A stretch of DNA of 64,000 nucleotides, taken from the NCBI GenBank assembly GCA_965637545.1, contig OZ281495.1:20770001-20834000 (forward strand), given 5' to 3'. Positions 45,946 to 59,589 of this stretch are shown here, in pieces (position 1 is the stretch's first letter; each line of letters begins with the position of its first letter). The notes beneath the pieces are model-generated. The model was not told where the DNA came from and searched no databases. It worked only from the letters and a program-made list of their open reading frames with translations. The DNA is from Phallusia mammillata. Its lineage: Eukaryota. Position numbers and translations under genes: made by a program.

Positions 45946-48267
45946 TCAATCACACAAATAAGACAACCAAAGAGCGACAGCGTCTGATATTAGATCAGGT
46001 TTGGTATGAATATCCTTTTGTGGATGCACTGTTGTTAATCCCCACGTATCAATAATTGTCAAATATTCCAAGTCTGACAACATACCGAGCATTATTTGAT
46101 TAAATCGGTACAAATACCATTCTGTTGGACGAAACGGACTGGGCACCGTGTATCTTATTCCCAAGCGAACGAAAACATTGACGTTATGATTTCGTCGCTT
46201 CAATCGATTTAGGGCGTTTTTAATGGCCGAAAGACGTTCTATAAAAATCGACGGGTCGTAATAATCAAAATGGGCACCGATATTAAACACTACACCAACA
46301 TTGCCTTGTTTTGTTATATTGTCCAAAGTGTTCACAATGTAAGGTTTGACACGGGGTGGTCCCGGGTTTTGCAAAGGAAGCCCGTGTGCTCTGTACTTGA
46401 TTGTGATGTTTTTCAGTTTATTTTTACCATTTTGTGGTTGTGACCAAAGAGCGCTTCTGTCTGCATCATCTGTCAATTTAAGTTTTTCAAGCAATATCAG
46501 GTACCACTGGCGCATTGTAGAGTCCCCGATGATGTAAACAACTTTGTTAGCCAGGCACTTATCAGCAACGGTCAAATCACGATGCGTGTTTTTGCATTCC
46601 AATGAATTCCACTTTCCATTGCGATAAAATCCGCTAGGAACCAACGATTCATTTACTTGCTTTCGGTTGATCGTTTTACATTGTTGCAAGTTTTGAGCAA
46701 ATGACAATTTGCTTGACTCAGTTTTGAGCAAAACTTTATTTTTGATCGCAATTTCTCTGTTGAGTTTTGTGTTAAACAGCTCCTTGCACTCTGGGTGTTG
46801 TAGTTTTGCCTCAGTTCTTTGGTACCATTGCATTTCTTTGGGGCATATTTCGTTAGTAGGGCGATAACAAAACCATGTTGTTCCAAACGATTGGTTTGAA
46901 AAATCACAGAACAGTTTATCATTTTTCCTGTAAAAAACAAGTAAATATTAGTTGTCAAAATCAAAAAGCAATATCTGACTTACCTTAGTTTTATGTCACA
47001 CTCTTCCTTGGTGCCAGACGGATACGTTCCAATAAACAACAAGGGGTTTATTGAACTTGCTTGCATGATCAGGTCGATGACAGCTTCACTGGAATGTACA
47101 AGCTCCACTTCTAATTTACTTAAACCGAGCCATGGTATCACGGTTCGCCAAGTATATTTACCATTTCCATGATCATAAATGGACACAGGCACTCCGTCGC
47201 CCGTTTTCAATCCTTGCGAATTTAAACGAGCAAGTCTGTTTTGGAAGCAAAATGTCGTTTTAAAAATATTATATTTGCAGCAATACCTGATAGAAATCTT
47301 TTTTTATTGCACTTGTCCAGGATATACAATCCACAACCATGACCGCCTTAAAAAGCACAAATGTGGCATTGTGTGTAGTTCGGCCCAAGTCGAGCTTATA
47401 TCAAGCTGAATCCCGAAGACAATAAATCAAAAATTAGGTATATGCTTGTGTACGTTTAAGTTGTCCGTATTCTTTTGTATTCGTATTCTTATGTGTTAGT
47501 GGCCCTGCTCTTTTATACATTCGGAAACCGAGAAAGACGGGTCCGGATTCGTTTTCTTATGTGTTAGTAGTTCTCTTCTTTTATGCTTTCGGAAAACGAG
47601 GAATGCGACCTTTCTTTTCTGACCTACTAAGAGGGGCGGAGTGCTTGGCAGCATTTTCTTATGCTTTGGCGATTACAAGATTACCAATACACTGACGTGT
47701 GAGACTTTGATAAGCAATGGATTCGCAAACAGCGGATAGCGACACGAATATGGGTTCAATCAAATAAGAAAAGAATTTCTCTATGGCTGGTAAAAATGTG
47801 ATGTTAACATGAAAATTTAATTGCAAAGCGGTAAAGTTAGAACCGATTTAGGTTTTAAACAGACCTAAAACAGACCGATGTTTACGACATTTCAAATACC
47901 TTGCTCTAAAATAATCCCCTCCGTAAGTTTTGTTTGCTCCGTAAAAATCCCTTGCCTGCATCTGTCCGATAACTTCCTCACCGACACGGTATGTTTTTTT
48001 GTTTGCAGTGTATATCAGCACTTTTGTTGGGTCGGTGGAATATTTCAGCTTCCAGTTTTGTTCAATATAACCCGACTCAATTTGTTCTAGAAGATGTTTA
48101 ATTTCAGGCATATATTTTCTCCATTGGAAACTTCCAAATTTTGCGTTTAATTGTCGATCGTCATGTTTGGTCAAAAATCTCGGAATTGATGTTTCAGAAT
48201 ATTCGTAAAGAAACACAGTTATTACTAGGGTTATAACAACAAGAAATATGACAGCAAGTTCTTTCAT
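45946..48267 (-). CDS. NXPE family (neurexophilin/PC-esterase, SGNH-fold putative O-acyltransferase), 3 coding exons (48267-47900, 47235-46984, 46927-45946), ~533 aa, intact
   Basis: GT-AG sites with phases 2 and 2; N-terminal TM LAVIFLVVITLVITVFLY; KTYGGDYFRAR, DHGNGKY, LVHSSEAV, WFCYRP, GFYRNGKW, IIGDSTMRQWY (GDS) and C-terminal DIH; an acceptor upstream of the ATG implies a 5' UTR exon or a trans-splice site. Confidence 0.9.
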
Positions 48268-49566
48268 ACTGCAATAAGCCTGCGAAAACAAAAAATCAGT
48301 AAATGAACATTTGCAGTGTTTCAGTTAAAAGTCAATGTTTAACCATTGTCTTTGCGCCCCGATGTCGTGACGATATCCGACGTAGCAGTGTTCGGCCACC
48401 CTAACGGTTTTATAAACTGTCTCTATACCAAAATAAAAATGGCAATTAGTGACAACGACATATCTATACCGTACGGAATAGGCGTGGAACATTGAAACAT
48501 TTTGACACACTTTTTGTCTATAATTCATAGGCCACATAAACACCGAATGCCAATGTAAACAATACACCGAATGCCAATGTATTGTACTCATTTCTAAGAA
48601 CAATCCGTGTTGTTTAATTGTGTGCTTTTTGGTCTTTTCGGTAATTTATTGTACCCCAGACGTTCGCCATCATGATTTGTGACCAAGTATATAGTATGAA
48701 TTAAAATTTCTTTCCAACCAAAGGCTTGCTGTATATCTTTACCCAGGATTTTCTTTAAAACGTTCTTGTAACAAAATAGTCTTTAAAATGTAGTAATTGA
48801 CACAGTAATTTGTTGTCTCCAGAAATAAATTTCACATTTTTTTGCGTAAAAAATATTGACCTGTTGTGGAAACAACTTCTTTCCGCAATACGATCAGTAA
48901 CGCATTTTTCTTGTTTCTTTAATTGTTAATTTTAAGAGAAGTGATAACAGAATTGAAAACAGGCCCTGAAATTGGATTTGGACCGAACCAGAATCGTTTT
49001 TGAGAAGCCCGTTTAGGCCCGAAAGTTTGATTGACAGGCCTATACATTGAAGCCTCAGGAAAGACCAAGACACCAGTGAAAATAGACAACAATAGACAAA
49101 TTGGTCTTTATTGAACAAGGCGTTTTGGGACTGTTTGACATTAGATCGGGTCCAGCAACTAGCTACTTAGCTACTTAAATTTGTTCTAAAAAATACTGAC
49201 ACAGAGTGTAAAGTCAGGCCCGAATCAGGCCCGTTTTTTTTTGAAGAAACCTAAGCCCGAACCCGGCACAAAAAGTCCGGCCCGACCTTCAACTCTGAGT
49301 GATAGTAAGTAACAAAAATTACACACGACTTAATTGATTTCTACATTCTAGGCAAATCTAAACGAATAGCAATGTGATTTCATGCTAAAAACAGAGTTTG
49401 ATATTTTTGCAATAAGTTTTGGTAACTTTTTACTTGACTTAGTTGTTGGTTGTAACGTAGTCGCCCATGAGTAATGTTTACCGATGCATGGGTGTCGAGT
49501 TTGACGGATGTCACCAGAAGGACTTTTATTTGTTTATGGCCTGGAGAAAATTTTTTTGTTGATGCC

Positions 49567-50320
49567 NNNNNNNNNNNNNNNNNNNNNNNNNNNNNNNNNN
49601 NNNNNNNNNNNNNNNNNNNNNNNNNNNNNNNNNNNNNNNNNNNNNNNNNNNNNNNNNNNNNNNNNNNNNNNNNNNNNNNNNNNNNNNNNNNNNNNNNNNN
49701 NNNNNNNNNNNNNNNNNNNNNNNNNNNNNNNNNNNNNNNNNNNNNNNNNNNNNNNNNNNNNNNNNNNNNNNNNNNNNNNNNNNNNNNNNNNNNNNNNNNN
49801 NNNNNNNNNNNNNNNNNNNNNNNNNNNNNNNNNNNNNNNNNNNNNNNNNNNNNNNNNNNNNNNNNNNNNNNNNNNNNNNNNNNNNNNNNNNNNNNNNNNN
49901 NNNNNNNNNNNNNNNNNNNNNNNNNNNNNNNNNNNNNNNNNNNNNNNNNNNNNNNNNNNNNNNNNNNNNTGCACGTCATACATCATTTTAATATTTGTTG
50001 CAAGCCTTACAAGTTTAGCCACATTCGATTCTGCCTCACTTCATGCCTTTGCCCTGCAAAGAGCCCCAAACATACCAGCCTGACCGCAAGCTCAAGTTTT
50101 ACTTATTGGCTATTTTACCTCTCCCACAGCCACAAGTAAGGCCGAAAATTAAATGTGCTTTTTTAANNNNNNNNNNNNNNNNNNNNNNNNNNNNNNNNNN
50201 NNNNNNNNNNNNNNNNNNNNNNNNNNNNNNNNNNNNNNNNNNNNNNNNNNNNNNNNNNNNNNNNNNNNNNNNNNNNNNNNNNNNNNNNNNNNNNNNNNNN
50301 NNNNNNNNNNNNNNNNNNNN
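49567..50320. other. Assembly gaps (49567-49969, 50167-50320) flanking a 197-bp contig
   Basis: N runs; 49970-50166 is identical to 50640-50836. Confidence 0.97.
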
Positions 50321-51319
50321 AGAATATGCCATTTTGAGCCACAAACTCTTAAATATGTAGATTTTGCAACAACGGCCAACTTGAATGTGACTTGTACAGT
50401 TTTACCTCGTATAGCATATAATTTCTGCAAACTTTTTAATTGCCCTGTTTAAACTCATAGCTTCTAAATTTATCACACTGTATGTGCAATGGCAATATGT
50501 GCTAAATCACACTTCTAGTTTTATTGAAGAACCACAATCCGTTTTTCGACAGTTATGTTTAGTTTGTAAACTAAGGGTTTGTCGGTCTTTGATTATTTGT
50601 GTTGGTGGTGGTGTAAGTTTCTCCGGTTTTAGAAAACTTTGCACGTCATACATCATTTTAATATTTGTTGCAAGCCTTACAAGTTTAGCCACATTCGATT
50701 CTGCCTCACTTCATGCCTTTGCCCTGCAAAGAGCCCCAAACATACCAGCCTGACCGCAAGCTCAAGTTTTACTTATTGGCTATTTTACCTCTCCCACAGC
50801 CACAAGTAAGGCCGAAAATTAAATGTGCTTTTTTAAATATCTTGTTTTCTAGAAATCGTGGCAAGGTATGCTATTCCCAAAGTCACAATACTTACCAAAT
50901 GAGCTCATTTTCACCAATTTTCAACGCATTACTTTCGTTTCCTACTAAAGTTCGGTGATACAAGAACGCTGTCCAAAGTAATCGAACTTCAGTCGTCCCT
51001 TTTCTCTTTAAAGACGACAGGTCGTGGAAATTTTAGTGTTGTTTTGCGCCGTGGTTCACAAACGGTAGTCTAGGCTATTTACCATCAGCTTTTGCGTGGA
51101 GCTCCGGGTGTGTATTGTTTCGAGAATTAATTGGTAAAGTTTGTCGTATTAAGAAAACTATGTGCGTGCTCTGCGTCAATAGTTGTGTAAGATCAGCCAT
51201 TTCTAGTTCTGCGTCATTCAAGCCTTAGTGCCCCAACCAAAAATCGTCTTTCGCCCTCATGTATTGTTTAAACTTAAACGCAAGCACGCCACAACGCAAC
51301 GAAAACACTCGCGATAACG

Positions 51320-52186
51320 AATGATTGGGCCTCTAATCTTCGAGCAGGTGCCTGTAGCACGCTGGAAGCATCACACATGTTTTGATGTTAATTGTGTTGC
51401 CCCGTTGGTGAATATTCCATGACTAAAGAACCAGTCTTTTCCTTTTAAGGACTATAGTCAGGCTCCTGGGCCACAACAGACGCCGCATTGTAATCAATAC
51501 GGTGGCCTTGTGATACCGCGTGTTTGGAAAGGGTCGTCTTCTTCGCCATTGGCAACATTCCCTTGATGTTCTTTACGGAGGGTGTTGAGTGACCTTCCAG
51601 TTTACCCGATATTAACGGAAACTCGGCGCAGGGAATAGAATATACAACGCCTCATCGGTCAAAGGTATTGATGAGATTTTTCGGGTGACTCATTAGCTTG
51701 CGGAAAGTGTTGGCTAGTTGGACGCCAACCGCTATGCCGAAGTCACGCAACATACGCCGTAAAATATCCGTCAGTTTCGGCATGTACGGAAGTATCACAA
51801 AACCCTCCGTTTTTGGGTGGGTCACATGTCAGGGGAAAGTTGCCCGTCGATCGCGGAGAATACAGTTGGGGTAGCCGTTAAATTTCAAGGCTTTGCGAAC
51901 CTTTGCCAGTTCCGCCTCGCAGTCGTCGCTACGAGCGTCGTACCTGATCTTTTAATAAACGAACCACACCTTTTTTCTGGTATGTGGGGTGATGAAATCG
52001 AAAATTGAGATACCTGCCGGTACTCGTTGGCTTGTGGTACACTCTCGTATACAAGACAACGTCATTGGTACTTGTGACTTAAGCGTCTGAAAATGGAAGA
52101 CAGTTTACCGATTGGAGTTCCTTGGTAAACCGAAAGCCTGGCCGCGCCTCGTTGAGATGCCGCAGAAATGCCTTAACCTGTTTCTT
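51320..52186 (-). mobile_element. Penelope-like element remnant (RT thumb + GIY-YIG)
   Basis: Inverted copy of 55625-56464; IPCAEFP...IG*TGRSLNTLRKEHQ across frameshifts. Confidence 0.88.
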
Positions 52187-52230
52187 GAACCTGCTGGTAA
52201 AAGCTTCCCATGAATGATAAAAAGGATAGC

Positions 52231-52550
52231 CAGTGATTCTCAAACTGTGGTGCGCGCACGACTAGTGGTACAGCGAAACTTTTCAGGTGGTACGCGAGTA
52301 GCTATTTGTGATACCTAGTTTAAGTCCGATCTAAACTCAGCCGATTAATCCTGGTTTGGGCGAAACTCGTGTTTTAGACATTCTTTTGAAATTGCCAATT
52401 ATGCTATCCAGGTCGAGAAAAAAAACTAATTTCATGGTCTATCTATTCAAACAGGGTTTAGGTCAATTGTTCCCAACCGGGGGTTCGCGGACTCTAAAGG
52501 CTTCCAAGTTGTCAGGTGGTACGCGATCCGTATAAGTTTGAGAACCACTG
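52231..52550. mobile_element. hAT MITE (related to 36655-36938) at a rearrangement junction
   Basis: TIRs CAGTGATTCTCAAACT / AGTTTGAGAACCACTG; no matching TSD. Confidence 0.75.
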
Positions 52551-53218
52551 CCATAAAGAAAAGCTATCCAAGATGGTTTGGGTAGACATGAAAGACAACC
52601 GCCCCCAACAAAGTCATGTGGTTCTCAACCATTTTTATTGTCGGGGCCAAACGGTAGTTTTTTAAGTGTGTATAGAGCCACAGAAACAATTTGAACAAAG
52701 AATGCAGCAAACAACAAGAATCTAAATAGCTACTTTTTGTCAATGACACTTCTCTGCAGAAAGCTAACTGAAACATGCTGGGTGGTAAACTTTATAATTC
52801 CATCAACTGCAAGAAGGCATCCCTCTGCGACCAATTGTTTCATTTGTCGGTACTCCGACCTACAATCTTGCGAAGTACCTGGCAAAAGTTATTTTTCCGC
52901 TAGTGGGCAATACAGAACAGACTGTTTCGAACTCGTCGAAGTTTGTTTTAAGAGATAACACAATCGCTTTCTTTGTCCAATTATGGAGTATTAAGTAAGT
53001 CTTTATGGAGTAATTTGGGACGTGTATTTTTAACAAAGACAAGTGCAGTTTGCACAGCCATAGTTTCAGCAATCGTTCTTTTTTCTCTGGCACGTTTATC
53101 GCTTGCAAAAAGATGACTCTTTATAGACAAGCAGCAGAAGTAAACAGCGAACGTCAGAAACTTTTGGGGTCTGACACACAAGAGTATATGTGATGTGAGG
53201 CAGATACACAGTTGAAAG

Positions 53219-53595
53219 CAGAGTTGTAAGGCGAACCGGGTTAGGGTTCGGGATCGGTCGGGTTTGAGCCGAGTTTGGGCTTAGGTTTTTTTCAAAAAAA
53301 ACGGGCTTGATTCGGGTCTGACTTTACACTTTGTGCCAGTATTTTTTGGATAAATTTAACTAGCTAAGTAACCAGTTGCTGGACCTGAACTAACGCCAAA
53401 CATTGCCTTGTTCAAGACCAAACCCTAAAATGCCTTGTTCAAGACCAATTGTAAATTGCGTTTGTTGTCTTGTCTTTCCTGAGACTACAGTACATAGGCC
53501 TGTCAATCGAACCTTCGGGCTTAAACGGGCTTCTCAAAAACGATTCTCGTTCGGGCCGGGTTCGGGTTTGAAGTTCAGGTCTGTCTACAACTTTG
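53219..53595. mobile_element. hAT-type MITE (same family as 606-923)
   Basis: TIRs CAGAGTTGTA / TACAACTTTG; TSD gttgaaag / gttgaatg. Confidence 0.82.
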
Positions 53596-55029
53596 GTTGA
53601 ATGGTTTACGTTGTTACAAAGTACACTTAGATTTTTTTACGGGCTTCCTAGACCAGCGAATCTCAACTGCGGCTCCCAGGGCGGCATTATCGCTTGCAAA
53701 AAAGCGACCCTATATCAACAGGAAGCAGAAGATAACGGCAAACATCAGGAACTTTTGGGGTCTGGTACCGAAAAGTAGAAGAATCCTTAAATAAGTTTAT
53801 TTCACACAAACGTGATAATGCCGCCCTGAAAGCCGCAGTTGAGAATCGCTGGTCTAGGAAGTCCAAAAATAACAAATCGAAATGTATTTTGTAACTGTTG
53901 TGATTTGTGCCTACTGCAGGAATGTGATTGGTGCGTTTGCAATTACTTCATGAGCCTATAAAAGGCTGTTCAGTTACTACGTTATTATTCTATTATAGTG
54001 ATTTCGAATGAATACAACCTAAGTTACAACAAGCAAACGGTGCTTATTTGGACTCTGTAAAGAAGCAAGGCGCAAACGTGATTAAAAACACAACAGTAAC
54101 AACTTGACCAGAACCAGAGTTGTAAACGGGCCTCGAATTCGAGCCCAAACCCGGCCCGAACCCGGAAGTCTCAGGAAAAACAAAACAACAAACACAATAG
54201 ACAATTGGTCTTGAACAAGGTGTTTTGTGGCTGTCTGGCATTAGTTCAGGTCCAGAAACTGGTTACTTAGCTAGTTGAATTTATTCAAAAAAATACCTTT
54301 CCTACTACGTAAGAATCCTTAAGTTTGTTTCTCTCTGCTGTGTATTCGAAAATTAGTGTTAAGTTCTGTTGGGACCGCATGTGTTTCGTTATATTGCTGT
54401 TTTGTTAACTTTTAGAGCATTCGAAAGGTAACTGATTTTATACTGCTTGTCATTGTATAAAAAGCCTAAATTGACACGAAAGTGCGGTTATGTTAGTATT
54501 ACAAGGTAAGTGGTATTGTTTAATTCTGCTTTAAAGTTGTACGGTTTTCCGTATATTTAAAGCATACAAATTATGTGTGTAGAATCCAGTTTTCCCAAAA
54601 GTGTCTTACTCTTGTGTGTCTGACCCCCCAAGTTCCTGACGTTCGCCGTTTTCTTCTGCTGTTTGTTTATAAAGCGTCATCTTTTTGCAAGCGATTAACG
54701 TGCCAGAGAAAAAAGAACGACTGCTGAAACTATCGCTGTGCAAACTGCACTTGTTTTTGTTAAAAATACACGTCCCAAATTACTTCATAAAGACTTATAA
54801 AAACTATCTAAGATGGTTTGGGTAGACATGAAAGACAACCGCCCCCAACAAAGCCATGTGGTTCTCAACCTTTTTTATTGTCGGGGCCAAAAGGTGGTTT
54901 TTTAAGTGTGTAAGGAGCCACAAAAACAATTTAAACAAATGCAGCAAACAACAAGAATCTAAATAGCTACTTCTTGTCAGTAACACATCTCTGCATAAAG
55001 CTAACTGAAATATGCTGCATTGTAAACTT

Positions 55030-56464
55030 TTAAATTCCATCAACTGCATAGTACGGACGGCTTCGCCCCGCGAACCTTCGGCTTACCAAACATCCACAAA
55101 AAAAGCATCCTTTTGCGACCAATTGTTTCGTTTGTCAGTATTCCAACCTACAATTTTGCTAAGTACCTGGCAAAAGTTATTTCCCCACTCGTTGGCAATA
55201 CAGAATGGAGTGTTTCGGAATCGTTGAAGTTTGTTCAAGAGACAACACAATCGCCTTCCCTGTCCAACGAAGAGGCAATTGTTTCGTATGACGTCGTGTC
55301 ACTTTTTACAGATGTGCCAGTAGAAATGGCGATGGACATAGCGTCATCCAGGATTTTGAACGCTTATAGCCACAAAGACAGAACACCATGACCCCCCTTT
55401 GATATTGTGGACGGTTTGCGGATTCGCTTAGTTTAGAGCAATCCTTTTTAAGATTCAGGGTAAGCTTTTACCAGAAGGTTCAAAGCACAGTGATGGGTTC
55501 CCCGGTCTCTGTAATTAACGCAAACATGACAATGGAAGCGCTTGAGGAAAAAGCCTTATCAACATTTGCCAACCCACCAAGTTTCTCGCGGAGATATGTT
55601 GAAGACATATTTTGTGTCATTGCTAAGAAACAGGTTAAGGTATTTCTATGGCATCTCAACGAGGCGCGGCCAGGCTTTCGGTTTACCATGGAACTCCAAT
55701 CGGTAAACTGTCTTCCATTTTTAGACGTTCAAGTCACAAGTACCGATGACGGTATCTTGTACTTGAGAGTGTACCACAAGCCAACGAGTACCGACAAGTA
55801 TCTCAATTTTCGATCCCATCACCCGACATACCAGAAAAGAGGTGTGGTTCGTTCCTTAAAAGATCAGGCAGGACGCTTGTGCACTCATAGCGACCGCTAC
55901 GAGGCGGAACTGACAAAGGTTCGTAAAGCCTTGAAATTTAACGGCTACCCCAACTAGATTCTCCGCGATCGACGGGCAACTTTCCCCTGACAGGTGACCC
56001 ATCCAAAAACAGAGGGTTTTGTGGCACTTCCGTACATACCGAAACTGACGGATATTTTACGGCGTATGTTGCGTGACTTCGGCATAGCGGTTAGCGTCCA
56101 ACCTGCCAACACTATCCTCAAGCTACTGAATCACCCGAAATATCCCATCAATTCCCTTGACCAACGAGGTGATCTATTCCCTGCGCCCAGTGTCCGTTAA
56201 TATATATCGGGGAGACTGAACATTAACGGGATGTTGTCAGCAGCGACGCGAAGAAGCCGGCCCTTTCCAATCAAGCGGTATCACAAGGCCATCGTATTGA
56301 TTTCAATGATGCGTCTTTTGTGGCCCGGGAGCCTGACAACAGGAAAAGACTATTTCATGAGTCATGGAATATTCACCAACGGGGCAACACAATTAACATC
56401 AAAACAGACGTGATGCTTTCAGCGTGCTACAGGCACCTGCTCAAAGATAAGAGGCCCAATCATT
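55030..56464 (+). mobile_element. Penelope-like retroelement, 5'-truncated and decayed (RT + GIY-YIG)
   Basis: PRTFGLPNIHK...RPIVS, SYDVVSLFTDVP, MGSPVS, RYVEDIF, LPFLDV, VYHKPT, YLNFRSHHP, LPYIP, YIGET and LFHESWNI; multiple stops and frameshifts. Confidence 0.92.
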
Positions 56465-58526
56465 CGGCGTGTTATCTTTACAGAGAAAAAAAGGGACCAC
56501 TAAAGTTGGATTACTTTGCATCACCGAACTTTAATAGGAAACGAAATTATTTTACTAAAAATTAAACGACAAAAGTTAGGGAACGATTGCTCAAATCCCA
56601 AGTATCGCTTTAATGCTGCGTAAAGACTTCATTATTAGCAAATAAACCCAATGAAAATTGTGCATATGTGGCAAATAGTAATCGAATGCATTTCGTGTGT
56701 ATTCCATTGTTAGTTGAGGTAATTGTCACCACTGTACCACAAAATTAGAAACCACGTTTTAAAAATGCGTTGAAAATTGGTCAAATTTAAGCTCACGACA
56801 TTTGGTAAGTATTGTGGCTTTGGAAATAGCATACCACGATTTGTAGAAAACAAGATATTTGAAAAAGCTCATTTAATTTTCGGCGCTGCTTGTGGCAGTA
56901 GGAGAGGTAAAAATAGGTAATGCGTGAAACTTGAGCTTGCGGTCAGACTGGAACGTTTCGGTCTCGTTGCAGGGCAATAAAGCGTAAAGGGAGGCAGAAT
57001 CGAAGATGGCTGAACATGTAAGGCTTGCAACAAATAATACAAAGATGTATAACGTGCAAAGTTTTCTAAAACCGGGGAAACTTACACCACCACCAACACA
57101 AATGATTCTAGGCCGACAAAGGTTTATAAACTAAAGGCAAAGTTTTTTATATATTCAATTCAAAAACATATAACTGTCGAATTGTAGTTCTTCAACAAAA
57201 CTATTTTTATTTTTAACAAAACTATGCATTTTGCAAAATAACTATGATAAATTTAGGTTCTATGAGTTTAAACAGGGCAATAAAAAAGTTTGCAGAAATT
57301 ACATGCTACACGAGGTACAAACTACACAAGTCGCATTCAATTCGGCCATTGTTTGCAAAATTTAAGCTTAATTATTCTAGGTGCTACATGGTAAAACTTA
57401 ACAATCAACACGGCCAAAGTGAACTGTCTAATTTTTATTTTGTTAAAAAAATTCACCCATTTTAGGGGGCCAGTGAGGAAAATATTGGGGCTGCAGGGTG
57501 AAACACAACAAATCGACACCTATAAATGGCAAATTTTTACCAGTATGAAGAGAGAAACTGTAGAGTTTACATATTCCAGAAAAAGCACAAATAAAACATA
57601 ACTACAAAAGTCAAAACTTTACTCTTTCAAATGTTGTTTTAGTATTTTAGTATTGTGTTTAATGTGTTGTTTTAAATATTTCACTTATGCGTTCACGTTC
57701 CAGCTATTTTATTTTATTCCGCAACAATTTTATGATAAAAATTAAAAATCAATCCCATTCAACTCCGCTCGTTTTCATCAAATCATAGAGTTACTGTTGG
57801 GGACCGCACATAAGCACACGTTTTGACTAGACATGTACCTTGCGTTCGCACAAAATGAGCTTATTACAGCTGAGCAACCAAATGCTTATGTGTAGGCCTA
57901 CTAGTTCTGTATCTTTAGACAATTGGCGACTTTCATTAACTGTTATCTTTGTGTTCAGAATGGGCACTCCTGTATTAGATATAAATAGGGCTGTTACCAA
58001 ACAAATAATTATTTGATTATTTGAAATTTTTTATTATTTGAAAATTTATCAAATTATTTTTTACTCATTTCAAATAATCAAATAATATTTTCCTATGCAG
58101 GTAACCTCGATATATGTGCTAAATCAATTTACTTGAACACATTGGTGACATTTTTATAAAATTGCGGTTACACAGAAGCACTGCAATATATGTTTTTAGC
58201 CTTATGTCTTAAACTCGTCTGTGATCTAGGTCAAATAAATCCTGAATGTTGTAGTGAAGGTGGAAATCTAGTGAGGAATTTATTTAGTGGACTGTATGTC
58301 CTGCAACTCTAAAAGGGAATAGCAAAACGACCAGTCTGTAAGTCAAAAAGTTTGAACACTACTGTTCTTGGCTTGGGAAATATGCGACCTAAACGAGTGT
58401 CGATAAACCTATTGGTGGTCTTTATGAACAAAAAGTTTCCCCACCCCTGCGCTAGCGCGTTTGTATAGCAAAGTAAACGCTTAAAAGCAAATACTTGTTT
58501 TTGACATGTACTGCGTTCGCTTAAAC

Positions 58527-59434
58527 CAGGCGTCACCAAACTGCGGCCCGCCAGGTCCAGCCCGCGAGGTCATTTCATCCGGCCCGCGACCGATTTTTTT
58601 GGTTTGCAAATTTATACTTATAACTTTGCAACATTCAAAAAATAATTTACTCTCTGCGAAAGTTTTTCAGCAACGACATGTGGAATTATTTTTATTAAAT
58701 TTGACCACAGACCTCACCTATTCTGAAAAGGGAAATGAGCTAAATAAAAATCACTGCCAAAAAACTGCAGCTAAGACACAATAAACGTTGTTCAATACAT
58801 TTGTCTAAACAAAAGATACATGAAGTATCTAAAGCAAAACCCAAGCAAGAGCTGCACCTAACCTACAGCTGCCGTAAAATGACTTGGGACCTACCAAAAT
58901 TTTACACGTTTTGAGGTGTGTTGAGCATCACACCTTATCAACCTAATTATTTCACTTAATGGTTTATGATTCACAATAAGTGGGCCATTTAGAACATTAT
59001 AAAGTAGGCTACAAGGTGTAAAATGAAAAGTTTACTGACAGTGCAACCTCTACAACACGACAATGCAGTTTGTAAACAATTTTTACAAATTTTGACATAT
59101 TGTAAATATTTTGACAAATTTTTGACTTAGGGTTACAACGTACAGGAATCATCCTAAGCCAGTGTTTTACATCACAGACAAGACTACAGCAAGTTTTAAT
59201 TGTTTGCGAACAATTGTCTTCTTTGATCACTTGTGACGTAATACACGAACATTACTCTTAAGATAAGACTAACTACAAAAATCAACAGTCGCATCACCCC
59301 ACTTCGAATACTATTGTAGAAAGATCTCTTGGCGGTACGATAAAAATCGCTTCGCGGGATGAGTTTGGAAAGACTACGCTAAGGCTTGTAAACTACTTAT
59401 CCGACCCGCGGTTAAAAAAGTTTGGTGATCCCTG
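58527..59434. mobile_element. hAT MITE, 908 bp
   Basis: TIRs CAGGCGTCACCAAACT / AGTTTGGTGATCCCTG; TSD gcttaaac / gcttgaac. Confidence 0.85.
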
Positions 59435-59589
59435 GCTTGAACCAAACGACAAGTACAGCACAATGCCAGCGAAAGAAAGTTTTTGCAAAAAGCAGCGACT
59501 CCGTTACGTGAAAATTAAGCAAAAATGATTACGAATGGCACAGTAAAGTTCTGCTGTTGTTTGGTTAAAGCCAACTGAACAGGTTATCT

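Larger units (their letters stand above)
50340..57370. repeat. Large degenerate inverted duplication centred near 53.75 kb
   Basis: Reverse-complement matches: 50355-50480 / 57250-57370, 50600-50930 / 56760-57120, 50930-51015 / 56470-56560, 51320-52186 / 55625-56464, 52995-53190 / 54605-54800 and 53610-53700 / 53810-53895; roughly 85% identity by eye. Confidence 0.88.

Noticed and set aside
49380-50452. ORFs spanning N runs
   Set aside because: Artefacts of translating through gaps.
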